Origin: Pseudomonadota bacterium
GTDB taxonomy: Bacteria > Desulfobacterota > Desulfobulbia > Desulfobulbales > SURF-16
Direction: 5' to 3'
Assembly (NCBI GenBank): GCA_043809085.1
Contig: JAZDEG010000030.1
Span: forward strand, 21,378-85,377
Length of the DNA: 64,000 bases
Shown: piece after piece, positions 16,825 through 26,701 of the stretch
How positions within the stretch are numbered: the first letter of the stretch is position 1
How the letters are laid out: each line of letters starts with the position of its first letter
Translations under genes and position numbers: made by a program
Notes under the pieces: model-generated
Seen by the model: the letters and a program-made list of their open reading frames with translations, nothing else
Told to the model about the DNA's origin: nothing
The model's database searches: none

Positions 16825-18816
16825 TCAAGCCGGCCCATGACAGCCGACGTCCTTCAAGGGACCGCCGGTGCCAAGGTCGCGACGCATATCCATGTCAAAG
16901 AGTACACGCTCTTTCTTCTTGTTAATGCCGAGAGCGTCACGCTTTGCCTCGATCTTTTCAATCATGATGCGGGCGATCTCCTTGGGATCTTCAGCCACAT
17001 TCCAGTGTGCGCCATAAGTGCCCATCATGTCGTCAAGAAGAAACTTATTGAAACTTTTTGCACCGGAGGTTCCGAGGTTTTGAAAGACGACCTGGGCACC
17101 GCTTGCGACAAAATACTGGCCGATGGCAACAGCTTTTTCACTCATCCAGAGAGGAGCGGTGCCGATGGCGGGCAGGTCGCTGATATCGTCGCCAAGTCCG
17201 CCTTCGCGCACCATCTCGGTGGCGGCGATGAGAATACGGCTGTTATCAACACAGGAACCCATGTGGAGAACCGGCGGCATGCCCACGGTTTCGCATACCT
17301 CCCGAAGTGAATCACCACAGAAGCGTGCGGCCTCAGGATTGACAAGCCCTGCCCGGCCAAGTGAAGTTGCCGCGCAACCGGTGGCAAGGACTAGTATGTT
17401 GTTTTTCAGCAGCTCTCTGACAATTATTTCGTGGCTGTCATCGCCAAGCTTGAAGTTGTCGCAGCCGACAATGGCGGCAACACCACGGATGCGGCCGTTG
17501 ATAATATTGTCGTTAAGGGGGCGGTAGCTGGCCCGGAAACGTCCACCGAGCATGTAGTTGATGGTTTCATGAGAGAAACCGACGACGACATCAAACTTCG
17601 AATCCTTGGGGATGAAAAAATCACCGCGCTTTTTGAAGTTCATAATGGCTTTGGTCAGAATATTCTTGGCAGATTCGATGGCCTTGTGCTCGTCAAACTG
17701 AATATGCACAGCACCGTCCATTTTGGCACGGTAGTTGGTGGTGATAATGTCGGTGTGAAAGCTTTTGGCAACCTCAGCGACCGACTGCATAACACACTGT
17801 ACGTCAACAACCATGGCCTCAACAGCGCCTGTGGAAAGAGCGATTTCCTGCTGAACAAAACCTGCGGCAACCGGAATGCCGCGACGCATGAGAATTTCGT
17901 TACCCGTGCAGCACACACCCGCAAGATTGATTCCCTTGGCGCCCTGCTTGGCGGCAAGTTCAAGCATATCGGGCTCTTGAGCCGCAATACACAGGGATTC
18001 GGCCAAAAGCGGCTCATGGCCGTGTACGGTAATGTTTACCTGATCAGACTTGAGGACGCCGAGGTCGACGATGGATCGTCGAGGAACCGGGGTGCCGAAC
18101 ATGATGTCGGTCAGTTCGGTGGAAAGCATTGATGAGCCCCAACCGTCACTCAGTGCGCAACGTGATGCCTGCAGCATGATGTTGTGATATTCCTGATCCA
18201 CTCCCATATGGGTACGGTGCATCGTTTCCACGACTTCACGATCAATACCGCGCGGTTCTATGCCGAGATTTTTCCAGATGGCCTGTCTTTTCGGAGTGGC
18301 TCTCTTCAACATGGAAAGAGGGGTGTTTTCCTGTTTGCCGAACTCTGCCAGGGCTTTTTCTCCTAGTTCCACGGCAATTTCATTGACCTCACGCCCTTCA
18401 GTGGCAACACCAAATACAGCAGCAAGTTTTTTAAGTTTGTCAACATCCTTAATCTGGTGGGGGCCGTTTCCTTTAGCTGTTTCGATAAAGCCGCGCACCA
18501 TTTCCCGGGCATGGTCGGTATGGGCGGCGGAGCCGGCGGCAATTGTCCTGGCAAAGTTTCGGGCAGCCACGGTGTCGGCGGTTGCGCCACAGATGCCGAT
18601 CATTTCATCCACGCCGTCAATAATCTGGCAGGGACCCATATTACAGTTACGGCAGCAAGTGCCGCCTGATCCGAAAAGACAAGCGGACATGCCGCGCGCC
18701 TTAACCCTGTCATAGGCGGTTATGACATTTTTTGCCAGGTCTTTGGAGAGAACTTCCTTTGTGGAGGTACAGGTAATGTCCGTGCACCCTTCACATCCGT
18801 TACGTGAAATTGCCAT
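16825..18816 (-). CDS. acsA: Ni-dependent carbon monoxide dehydrogenase catalytic subunit (AcsA/CooS).
   Basis: 663 aa. It has the N-terminal B/D-cluster Cys motifs (CLFGSGGTCCRNCNMGPCQI) and typical CODH core motifs (HGHEP, GVCCTGNE). Confidence 0.9.
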   Translation of the reverse strand: MAISRNGCEGCTDITCTSTKEVLSKDLAKNVITAYDRVKARGMSACLFGSGGTCCRNCNMGPCQIIDGVDEMIGICGATADTVAARNFARTIAAGSAAHTDHAREMVRGFIETAKGNGPHQIKDVDKLKKLAAVFGVATEGREVNEIAVELGEKALAEFGKQENTPLSMLKRATPKRQAIWKNLGIEPRGIDREVVETMHRTHMGVDQEYHNIMLQASRCALSDGWGSSMLSTELTDIMFGTPVPRRSIVDLGVLKSDQVNITVHGHEPLLAESLCIAAQEPDMLELAAKQGAKGINLAGVCCTGNEILMRRGIPVAAGFVQQEIALSTGAVEAMVVDVQCVMQSVAEVAKSFHTDIITTNYRAKMDGAVHIQFDEHKAIESAKNILTKAIMNFKKRGDFFIPKDSKFDVVVGFSHETINYMLGGRFRASYRPLNDNIINGRIRGVAAIVGCDNFKLGDDSHEIIVRELLKNNILVLATGCAATSLGRAGLVNPEAARFCGDSLREVCETVGMPPVLHMGSCVDNSRILIAATEMVREGGLGDDISDLPAIGTAPLWMSEKAVAIGQYFVASGAQVVFQNLGTSGAKSFNKFLLDDMMGTYGAHWNVAEDPKEIARIMIEKIEAKRDALGINKKKERVLFDMDMRRDLGTGGPLKDVGCHGPA

Positions 18817-18835
18817 ATTTTTTCTCCTGGAGAGG

Positions 18836-19723
18836 TTATATCAGCCCTGCGGCCTGCTTGGCGGCCTGGACTGTATTTTTCATCAACATGGTAATGGTCA
18901 TGGGGCCGACGCCTCCGGGAACGGGGGTAATGGCGGCAGCCTTATCCTTCACGCCATCAAAGTCAACATCACCGGCAAGAATCGCTTTTCCTTCGGCGGT
19001 CATGCCGATACGATTGACTCCGACATCAATGATGACAACTCCATCCTTGACCATATCAGCTGTGACCATCTTCGGCACACCCACGGCAGCGATGATAATG
19101 TCGGCCCTTCGGCAGTGAGAAGCCATATCCTTGGTGCGGGTATGACAGATAGTGACGGTGGAATTGCCCCCTGCCCTTTTCTGCAGCATCAAATTTGTCA
19201 TAGGTTTGCCGACGATGTTGCTGCGGCCGATGACGACAACCTCGGCGCCGCTTGTTTCGATGCCGGATCGGGTCAGAAGTTCAAGAATGCCATGGGGGGT
19301 ACAGGGGAGAAAGCACTTTTCGCCCAGCACCATCTTGCCCACGTTAACCGGATGAAACCCATCCACATCCTTCTTTGGGTCTATTGCATAAAGCACTTTC
19401 CCCTCATCAATATGCTTTGGCAGGGGAAGCTGAACAAGGATGCCGTTTATCTTATCGTCGTTATTGTATTTATTGATCAGATTCAGTAATTCCTGTTCAC
19501 TGGTGTCGGCGGCGAGTGTTACCTGTTCGGAATGAATGCCGAGAGCATGTGCGGTTTTGTTTTTGGCGCTTACATAAGACTGGGATGCAGGGTCCTCACC
19601 GACAAGTATGGTCACCAATCCTGGAACCACGTTGTGTTTTTCCTTCAACTCAGCAACTTCGACTGTAAGTTCTTCGCGAATTGTTTTGGCGGTTTCGGTT
19701 CCGCTGATAATTTTTGCCGTCAT
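18836..19723 (-). CDS. folD: Bifunctional methylene-THF dehydrogenase / methenyl-THF cyclohydrolase.
   Basis: 295 aa. FolD hallmarks are present: PGLVTILVGEDPASQSYV, GILVQLPLP, VVVIGRSNIVGKP, TPVPGGVGPMT. Confidence 0.95.
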   Translation of the reverse strand: MTAKIISGTETAKTIREELTVEVAELKEKHNVVPGLVTILVGEDPASQSYVSAKNKTAHALGIHSEQVTLAADTSEQELLNLINKYNNDDKINGILVQLPLPKHIDEGKVLYAIDPKKDVDGFHPVNVGKMVLGEKCFLPCTPHGILELLTRSGIETSGAEVVVIGRSNIVGKPMTNLMLQKRAGGNSTVTICHTRTKDMASHCRRADIIIAAVGVPKMVTADMVKDGVVIIDVGVNRIGMTAEGKAILAGDVDFDGVKDKAAAITPVPGGVGPMTITMLMKNTVQAAKQAAGLI

Positions 19724-19838
19724 TATCGCTCCTTATGAATTTAAAACGTATATAAAAAAATGAATATGGAAACTGCGTTGAGGTTACTGCGGGCTGCCTG
19801 AAAAAAAAGCAAAAAAATATTGCAAAACTGAACGAAGT

Positions 19839-19867
19839 ATCATAGTTGACAAAATTTTGTTTTGCAA
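19839..19867 (-). promoter_or_regulatory. Sigma-70-type promoter candidate for the folD-acsA-metF::acsD-acsB-acsC unit, with an embedded palindrome.
   Basis: On the minus strand: TTGCAA (19867..19862), a 17-nt spacer, then TATGAT (19844..19839), about 115 nt upstream of the folD ATG. The spacer contains the perfect 12-bp palindrome ACAAAATTTTGT (19849..19860). Confidence 0.5.
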
Positions 19868-19948
19868 GGTATTTTGGACTTATTGAGGCAGATACTGCAT
19901 GAAAAAAGCTCAGATTACGGATACTTAGGTAGTAGTACCTAGTAACAA

Positions 19949-22162
19949 TTACCTGTTTCTGCCTTCAGCCAACTTGACGATAATATCGTTGGCCTGGCCG
20001 AGTCGAGTGACAAGGGTCTTGAAAAAGTGCTTTGCAACATTCGGATGCTTTTCGATGATCTCCATGATCTTGTCGCCGGGAAAACGCTTGATTGCCGATC
20101 TCCCCTTGGACAGGATTGATGCGGAACGGACGACTCCGGAGATGGCGGACATCTCGCCGAAATATTCATTTGGTTCGGTTATTTCGGCGATTTTCTTGCC
20201 GTCTTTAACCACCATGAGCGCCCCCTGAATAAGTTGAAAAAAATCTATGTCGCTGTTCCCCTGGCGAATGATGACATCCCCATCCTCATACCGTTCAATA
20301 TCAGGGTTAACCAGGTACGCAGGCAGGCTTTCCTCGGTAACGACAGTTTTTTTCATAACCTCATCAAGGCTGGTTACTCCTTGAATTGCCTTGCGGATAG
20401 CCGCATTGCGCAAAGGAATCATGCCTTCTTGAATGGCAACCTTGCGCAGTTGGTCTTCAGGCACCTCGGCGCTGATTGCCTTGGCTACCTCATCCGTAAT
20501 TTCCATCAGTTCAAAAAAACCGACCCTGCCCTTGTAACCACCGCCGCGGCAGACCGGACACCCTTTAGGACCCCAGAGGTTAGTGAGATTCGCCAACTGA
20601 TTTTCACTGAACCCGATACCGAGCAGCTCTTTTTCATCGGGCAAAGGAATCTCGACTTTGCATTCCGGGCACAGACGACGCCCCAGCCTCTGGGACTGAA
20701 CCATGGTAATGGCTGATGCCAGCATATAGGGCGGGATGCCGATATCAACCAGACGACCGATAGTTGCGGCGCAATCATTGGTGTGCAGGGTGGAAAAAAC
20801 CAGATGGCCGGTCATGGCCGCCTTGATGGCGATTTCGGCGGTTTCCATATCGCGGATCTCCCCCACCATGATGATGTCCGGATCCTGCCGGAGAAACGCC
20901 TTAAGGGCCGCGGCAAAGGTCATTCCAACTTCCTGGTGAACGTTGACCTGGTTAATTCCCTTGAAGTTAAACTCAACCGGATCTTCCGCTGTCAGGATTT
21001 TGGTGTCTTCATTGTTCAGCGAGTTCAAAGCGGAATAGAGAGTAACTGTTTTACCGCTACCGGTGGGGCCTGTTACCAGCAGGAGCCCCTGGGGGCGATT
21101 GAGACATCGTTTCAGGGTTTCGAAAACCTCAGGCTCAAAACCGAGTTTGGTCAGGTCGACATTAAGCGAACTTTTGTCCAGAATACGGAGAACGATGCTT
21201 TCGCCAAAAAGGGTGGGCAGGGTGGAAACGCGAAAATCAACCACCTTGTTGCGGCCGATACGCATCTTGATCCTGCCGTCCTGGGGAACGCGGCGTTCGG
21301 TAATATCAAGGTTTGAAAGAATCTTCACCCTGGAATTCAAGGCGTTTTTGATACTCAGGGGAAGATTCATGGATTTGTAAAGAGAGCCGTCAAGACGGTA
21401 ACGCACCTGAAGGGATTTCTCATACGGCTCGATATGGATATCGCTGACTCCGTCCTTGACTGCCTTGATCAGGATACCATTGACCAGTTTGATGATGGGA
21501 GCGTCCGAGGCGGAAAACTCCTCGGCAGTCCCTTCATCCTCTTCGATGGCCATTTCGTCGGCCGCTTCAGAAGCAAGTGACCCGAAGTCGTCGATACTTG
21601 CGACATCTTCTTCTTCCTCAATCTCCTCAGCTGCGCCAAGAAGCTCACGGTACTCTTCATCGGAAATCTTATAGTATTTTTTGTACGCCTCAAGAATATC
21701 CTTTTCCGTTGAAACACAGACAGAAAGAACCATTTTCACTTCTGTCTGCAACTCCTCAACCGCACTGGTATCGGTCGGCTCCGCCATGGTGATCTGCAGA
21801 GTCTTGCCGGTCATGCGCAAGGGCAGGGCACAATATTTTTTGACAATTTTGAAGGGAATGGTTTTAAAAACGTCAGGATTAGGCGGCTCTTTCTTGATAT
21901 CAACGGAGGGGAAATTATGGAGCCGACTCAGGACATTGAGAATAGTCGTATCTTCTATATGTCCGAGCTTGATCAGAATACTGCCCAGGCGCTGGCCGGT
22001 CTTCTTTTGAATGGCAAGCGCTTCATCAAGCTGACTACTGAGGATATGCCCCTCTTTGCGGAGCAATTCGCCAATCTTGACCTTGCCGGCACCGGACTGA
22101 TCTTTTATCGTCGTCCTGAGTGCGGATTTTTTATCGGGAATATTTTTTATTGGTAGCGCCAT
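19949..22162 (-). CDS. GspE/PilB/MshE-family secretion ATPase with an N-terminal MshEN-type domain and a C-terminal cyclic-nucleotide-binding domain.
   Basis: 737 aa. It has Walker A (VTGPTGSGKT), the Asp and His boxes (EDPVEF, GHLVFSTLHTND) and a tetracysteine motif (CPEC...CPVC). The C-terminal ~125 aa carry the cNMP signature (FGEMSAISGVVRSASI). The N-terminus carries two 24-residue MshEN-like motifs. Confidence 0.85.
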   Translation of the reverse strand: MALPIKNIPDKKSALRTTIKDQSGAGKVKIGELLRKEGHILSSQLDEALAIQKKTGQRLGSILIKLGHIEDTTILNVLSRLHNFPSVDIKKEPPNPDVFKTIPFKIVKKYCALPLRMTGKTLQITMAEPTDTSAVEELQTEVKMVLSVCVSTEKDILEAYKKYYKISDEEYRELLGAAEEIEEEEDVASIDDFGSLASEAADEMAIEEDEGTAEEFSASDAPIIKLVNGILIKAVKDGVSDIHIEPYEKSLQVRYRLDGSLYKSMNLPLSIKNALNSRVKILSNLDITERRVPQDGRIKMRIGRNKVVDFRVSTLPTLFGESIVLRILDKSSLNVDLTKLGFEPEVFETLKRCLNRPQGLLLVTGPTGSGKTVTLYSALNSLNNEDTKILTAEDPVEFNFKGINQVNVHQEVGMTFAAALKAFLRQDPDIIMVGEIRDMETAEIAIKAAMTGHLVFSTLHTNDCAATIGRLVDIGIPPYMLASAITMVQSQRLGRRLCPECKVEIPLPDEKELLGIGFSENQLANLTNLWGPKGCPVCRGGGYKGRVGFFELMEITDEVAKAISAEVPEDQLRKVAIQEGMIPLRNAAIRKAIQGVTSLDEVMKKTVVTEESLPAYLVNPDIERYEDGDVIIRQGNSDIDFFQLIQGALMVVKDGKKIAEITEPNEYFGEMSAISGVVRSASILSKGRSAIKRFPGDKIMEIIEKHPNVAKHFFKTLVTRLGQANDIIVKLAEGRNR

Positions 22163-22253
22163 AAGGATAAAAAATGTGTATTCAAAGGTTTAAGGATTTT
22201 TTCATATTAGTCCATTCCCGGCGGGAACTCAACTTTTTCAGCCTTATGTCGGG

Positions 22254-22302
22254 AAAATAAAAAAAGGCGATATCGCAAAGAGCTTGGCTCCCCGGTATCG
22301 CC
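22254..22302 (-). terminator. Rho-independent terminator after fhs. It is flanked by T runs on both strands.
   Basis: ggcgata (22266..22272) pairs with tatcgcc (22296..22302), plus 2 more bp after a mismatch. On the minus strand it is followed by TTTTTTTATTTT (plus-strand A run 22254..22265). On the plus strand it is followed by T7 (22303..22309). Confidence 0.6.
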
Positions 22303-22329
22303 TTTTTTTGCATGATAAAATGGTCGTTT

Positions 22330-24093
22330 TTAGAAAACGCCTTTCACCTTTCCGGTTTCGACATCAACGTCAATACGACGATAGGCCGGGTCAGATGCAG
22401 TGCCCGGCATCAGGCTGATGGCGCCTGCAACCGGAACAACGAATCCCGCACCTTTATAGGTGAGGATATCTTGAATCGGCAGGGTCCAACCCTTGGGCAC
22501 ACCTTTCAGCTTGGGATCGTGGGACAGGGAGAGGTGGGTCTTGACCATACAGGTACCCATTTCCTTCATCTCCGGATCAGCAGCCATCCGTTTCAGTTTG
22601 GCCTGGGCATCGGCGCTGTAGCTGACTCCGTCCGCACCGTACACCTCTTTGGCAATAAGCTCGATACGTTTCTCCAGCGGGGTGTCCAGTTCGTAGAGGA
22701 ACTTGAAGTCATTTGGCTCTTCACAGGCATCGACAACCGCATCGGCGAATTCAAGAGCGCCGTCGCCGCCATGCTCCCAGTGGCGTGAAAGGGCAACCCG
22801 CGCGCCGGCAGATTCACAGAGCCTGCGGACCGCCTTGATCTCGTTGTCGGAATCAGTATAGAAGGCGTTGATACAGACCACCGGATTGATGCCCGCCTTC
22901 TTGACCGTTTCGATATGGTGCAGAAGGTTCTTGCATCCTTCTTCGACCCAGCCGACATTCTCTTTCTTGTACTCTTCCGGCATGGGCTTACCCGGCACCG
23001 GAATCGGGGCGCCGCCATGGCACTTGAGGGCACGGATTGTGGCAACGACAACGGCACAGTTCGGCTTCAGCCCGGAATAGCGGCACTTGAGGTTCCAGAA
23101 CTTCTCAAAGCCGATATCCGCGCCGAAACCGGATTCTGTAACATTGTAATCGGCAAGCTTTAGAGCTACACGATCAGCGATGACCGAAGACTGGCCGATG
23201 GCGATATTGGCGAAAGGACCGGCATGGACGATGACCGGCTGGCCTTCAATAGTCTGCAGCATATTGGGATTTAAGGCCTCAACCATCCAGGCGGTCATGG
23301 CGCCGGCCACATCGAGATCCGTGGTGGTGACGGGTCGATCCTGGCGGTCATAGGCCACGACGATCTTGCCGATCCGTTCGCGCATGTCCTTCAGGTCCCT
23401 GGCAACGGACAGAATGGCCATGATCTCGGAGCTGACGGCGATGGCGAATTTGGACTGCATGGTATAGCCGTCCATCTTGCCGCCAATGCCGATGGTGATA
23501 TTGCGCAGGGCCTGGGCGCAGAAGTCGATGATCCAGCCGAACTCAACTTTTTTCGGATGGATGTCGAGACGACGGAGATTTCGCATGGCCAGCTGCTCAT
23601 CCGTATAATTTGCCTCATGCTGCATGCGGGAAGTAAGAGCTACCATGCCGAGATTGTGGGCATTCATGATGGCGTTGATGTCGCCGGTAAGACCAAGGGA
23701 GAAGGGAGTCAAAGGGATACACTGAGCAAGACCTCCGCCTGCGGCGCTGCCTTTGATATTCATGGTGGGACCGCCGGAAGGCTGGCGAATTGCACCGATA
23801 ACACTTTTGTTTCTTTTGCCGAGTCCCTGCACCAGGCCCATGGCACAGGTGCTCTTCCCTTCACCGAGAGGAGTGGGGCTGATGGCCGTTACATCGACAT
23901 ATTTTCCGTCGGGACGATCTTTCAGGCGATCAAGGATTTTACGGTAATCAAGTTTGGCAACATAATGGCCGTGGGGCAAGAGCTCTTCCTTTTCCAGGCC
24001 GAGCTTTTCAGCAAGCTCATAAACAGTTTTCATGTTTTTTTCTGAATCTTCCGCAATTTCCCAATCTGCATGTTTGGTCGGGTCAAGAACCAT
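22330..24093 (-). CDS. fhs: Formate-tetrahydrofolate ligase.
   Basis: 587 aa. The sequence is collinear with Fhs ([33 protein letters not shown]). A strong RBS, AAAGAGGAGGAAG, precedes the ATG. Confidence 0.95.
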   Translation of the reverse strand: MVLDPTKHADWEIAEDSEKNMKTVYELAEKLGLEKEELLPHGHYVAKLDYRKILDRLKDRPDGKYVDVTAISPTPLGEGKSTCAMGLVQGLGKRNKSVIGAIRQPSGGPTMNIKGSAAGGGLAQCIPLTPFSLGLTGDINAIMNAHNLGMVALTSRMQHEANYTDEQLAMRNLRRLDIHPKKVEFGWIIDFCAQALRNITIGIGGKMDGYTMQSKFAIAVSSEIMAILSVARDLKDMRERIGKIVVAYDRQDRPVTTTDLDVAGAMTAWMVEALNPNMLQTIEGQPVIVHAGPFANIAIGQSSVIADRVALKLADYNVTESGFGADIGFEKFWNLKCRYSGLKPNCAVVVATIRALKCHGGAPIPVPGKPMPEEYKKENVGWVEEGCKNLLHHIETVKKAGINPVVCINAFYTDSDNEIKAVRRLCESAGARVALSRHWEHGGDGALEFADAVVDACEEPNDFKFLYELDTPLEKRIELIAKEVYGADGVSYSADAQAKLKRMAADPEMKEMGTCMVKTHLSLSHDPKLKGVPKGWTLPIQDILTYKGAGFVVPVAGAISLMPGTASDPAYRRIDVDVETGKVKGVF

Positions 24094-24386
24094 TACTTCC
24101 TCCTCTTTAATCGTTATTAAATGAAGTATGTTGAATTGTCGTTTTCAGCATCTATTGCTCACCAAAAGCTTCCCGCACACACCTTCACGGACAATCAGGA
24201 GAGACACCATTTTCTCTTAATTCTGCGGGGGCGTCATGGGGTGAAACAAAAAAAAATCATGACGAAGGATTGTTTCGTGATTACCGATGTCCAAGATGTG
24301 AAAATCAAGGCGCAGGTGTCCGCAATGGATGAAAAAATCTATCTTTCTTAACCCATTCTCAACAACAAAACAATCGGCAAAATTAC

Positions 24387-25352
24387 TTATTTTTCGGGAG
24401 AAAGATGTCCAAAAACAAAGGGAAAGAGTTTTTTGAAATCTTCAAGCAAGGGAATCATGACTTCACGCATGGAAGGATCCGCGCCTTTTGAGGTGCGCAA
24501 CTTGAACATGTGCAGCCATTGGAGAAGGTTGGCGTAGACAATAAGTTCCGTTTTGCATGAATTGGGCAGAACCGTGCGCGCCGCCTGGGGAGTGGAAGTC
24601 TCAAGTAACTGAATATAAAGCCGCTCAGTCTCCTTCATGGCGGATTCCCAAATCCCGTATTCTACGCTGCTTTCCTCATAAAAAAGAGGCTTGATAAAGG
24701 TAACCTGGTTTCCGAATTTACTGTCGCTGTAACGACAGTATCTCTGGCTCTCCTGGAGGAATCCGCAGGGTCTGTGCCGCACCATTTCGTGGGTGACCGC
24801 ACGGTTGACGATAAACTTTACGGCAATAAATCGATGTTTGACAAAAAGATCGGCAGGCAAGGCATCGACCTCTGAAAGAGAAATCTTTTCAACCAGAACT
24901 CCTTCTTGGGGAAGCAGACCACGCTTGGGAAGAATATCCTCGAAAAATAGAGGGTGTTTTCCGGAAAGATGATGGGTAATACCCTTGACTATTTTCAGGT
25001 TGCCGTTGCCTTGAAAAAGCTCCCGGAAAGCTCGCACCGAACCTGTGATGACCAATGATTTTTTCTCCGGCCTGTCGATTTGCAGATATTTGGGCAGTAC
25101 TGCAAAAAGCTGGGCAACAAGAGAATCGCTGTCGACATCAACTTTTACCGTTATTACGGCCATTTCCGCAACAGAGTTGTGACCGTGCTTTAATATTCTG
25201 CGAATAAAGGGAGGAGCTGAATCAGCGGTAATCTTATCCTCACTTTTATAGCAGAGTCGACCACATATCTCGATACGGACCGCCAAGCCCTGTTGGTCAA
25301 GATCACTTAATATTTCATAGGAGGGAGAAATTACCTTCATGGGTCCAAGCAC
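24387..25352 (-). CDS. thyX: FAD-dependent thymidylate synthase, ThyX-like (long form).
   Basis: 321 aa. It carries the ThyX signature HEMVRHRPCGFLQESQRYCRY (RHR...SQRY), the upstream HGHNSVAEM and the downstream AARTVLPN. Confidence 0.75.
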   Translation of the reverse strand: MLGPMKVISPSYEILSDLDQQGLAVRIEICGRLCYKSEDKITADSAPPFIRRILKHGHNSVAEMAVITVKVDVDSDSLVAQLFAVLPKYLQIDRPEKKSLVITGSVRAFRELFQGNGNLKIVKGITHHLSGKHPLFFEDILPKRGLLPQEGVLVEKISLSEVDALPADLFVKHRFIAVKFIVNRAVTHEMVRHRPCGFLQESQRYCRYSDSKFGNQVTFIKPLFYEESSVEYGIWESAMKETERLYIQLLETSTPQAARTVLPNSCKTELIVYANLLQWLHMFKLRTSKGADPSMREVMIPLLEDFKKLFPFVFGHLSPEK

Positions 25353-25519
25353 CTCTATTTCATCATTAATTCGTAACTATTCAGCAACATTGAGTCAAGA
25401 GCCGGAACAGCAATCACCTTCTCCCCTTGCCTCTTGTTTCGAGCAACTTTCGTGGTTCGCAGGAAAAACTTCACGTTCGTTGTTCACTTAACAACGTGAT
25501 TCCTTCTGGATAAATATCG

Positions 25520-26701
25520 TTATCTGTTCTGCCAGAAAGGTGACATCTCCCGAAGATTTGCAATGATTCCCGGCATTTTATCGAGAACGAAATCAACCTC
25601 ATCCTCTGTGTTATAGACACTGAGACTGAAACGAATGGAACCGTGGGCCGCGGTAAAGGGAACCCCCATTGCGCGCAGTACGTGGGAAGGCTCAAGCGAA
25701 CCGGAAGTGCAGGCAGAACCGGAGGAAGCGCATATACCGAACCTGTCCATGTGGAGCAGGATCGCCTCTCCTTCAACATATTCGAAGCTGACATTGCTGG
25801 TGTTGGGCAGTCTCTCGGTTTTATGACCGTTTAAAATCGAATTTGGTATTTTGGCAAGCAGTCCGTTTTCCAACTTGTCCCGTAACGCTTTTACCGTCGT
25901 ATTTTCCTTGGTGATATGACGGCGCGCTATTTCGCAGGCCTTACCGAGTCCGATAACGGAAGAGACATTTTCAGTTCCTCCCCGTCGTCCGTGTTCCTGG
26001 TGGCCACCGATAAGAAAAGGCACAAAGGGTGTTCTCTTTCTGACATAAAGAACTCCCACGCCTTTTGGCGCATGAAGTTTGTGTCCGGATATGGAGAGAA
26101 AATCAACAGGCACCTGTCCGACATCAATGGGGATTTTCCCCACTGCCTGGACGGCGTCGGTGTGAAAAAGAATACCCCGGCTCTTGGCTATTTTGGCCAT
26201 TTCTCCAATGGGAAAAACAACCCCGGTTTCGTTGTTTGCCCACATGACGCTGACAATGGCGGTTTCATCGGTCAGGCTGTTTTCGTAGCGCTCCAAGTCA
26301 ATGGTGCCGTCGCTTTCCACCGGAAGTTCCGTGATCCTGTGTTTGTGACCGGTGAGAGAATCAAGGCTCCGGCACAGGTTCTTCACCGCCGGATGCTCAA
26401 CCCGGGTTGTAACAATATGCCTCTTTTCCGGCTGGGCCTGAAGGGCAGCGAGAATAGCCGTAGAATCGCTTTCAGTACCACAGCTGGTGAAAATGATTTC
26501 ATCCGCATCGGCGTTTATGATCGCAGCAACCTGCTCTCGGGCGTTTCTGATCGATTTTTCCACCTGGCCGCCGAAGGTATGCATGCTTGAAGGATTGCCA
26601 TACAATTTGGAAAAATAGGGCATCATGGATTCGAGGACTTCAGGGGCAACCATGGTGGTTGCATTGTTGTCCATATAGATTACTTTTTCTGATTCGCTCA
26701 T
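25520..26701 (-). CDS. nifS: Cysteine desulfurase, NifS type.
   Basis: 393 aa. It has the PLP site (SISGHKLHAPKG) and the active-site loop (ASSGSACTSG). Confidence 0.9.
   Translation of the reverse strand: MSESEKVIYMDNNATTMVAPEVLESMMPYFSKLYGNPSSMHTFGGQVEKSIRNAREQVAAIINADADEIIFTSCGTESDSTAILAALQAQPEKRHIVTTRVEHPAVKNLCRSLDSLTGHKHRITELPVESDGTIDLERYENSLTDETAIVSVMWANNETGVVFPIGEMAKIAKSRGILFHTDAVQAVGKIPIDVGQVPVDFLSISGHKLHAPKGVGVLYVRKRTPFVPFLIGGHQEHGRRGGTENVSSVIGLGKACEIARRHITKENTTVKALRDKLENGLLAKIPNSILNGHKTERLPNTSNVSFEYVEGEAILLHMDRFGICASSGSACTSGSLEPSHVLRAMGVPFTAAHGSIRFSLSVYNTEDEVDFVLDKMPGIIANLREMSPFWQNR

Noticed and set aside
19724-24386. ZTP (pfl) or THF riboswitches in the leaders of folD (19724..19838) and fhs (24094..24386).
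   Set aside because: I found no GGGUCGUGAC...CCGCCUGGGC-type ZTP core or THF-like core by eye in either leader on the coding strand.
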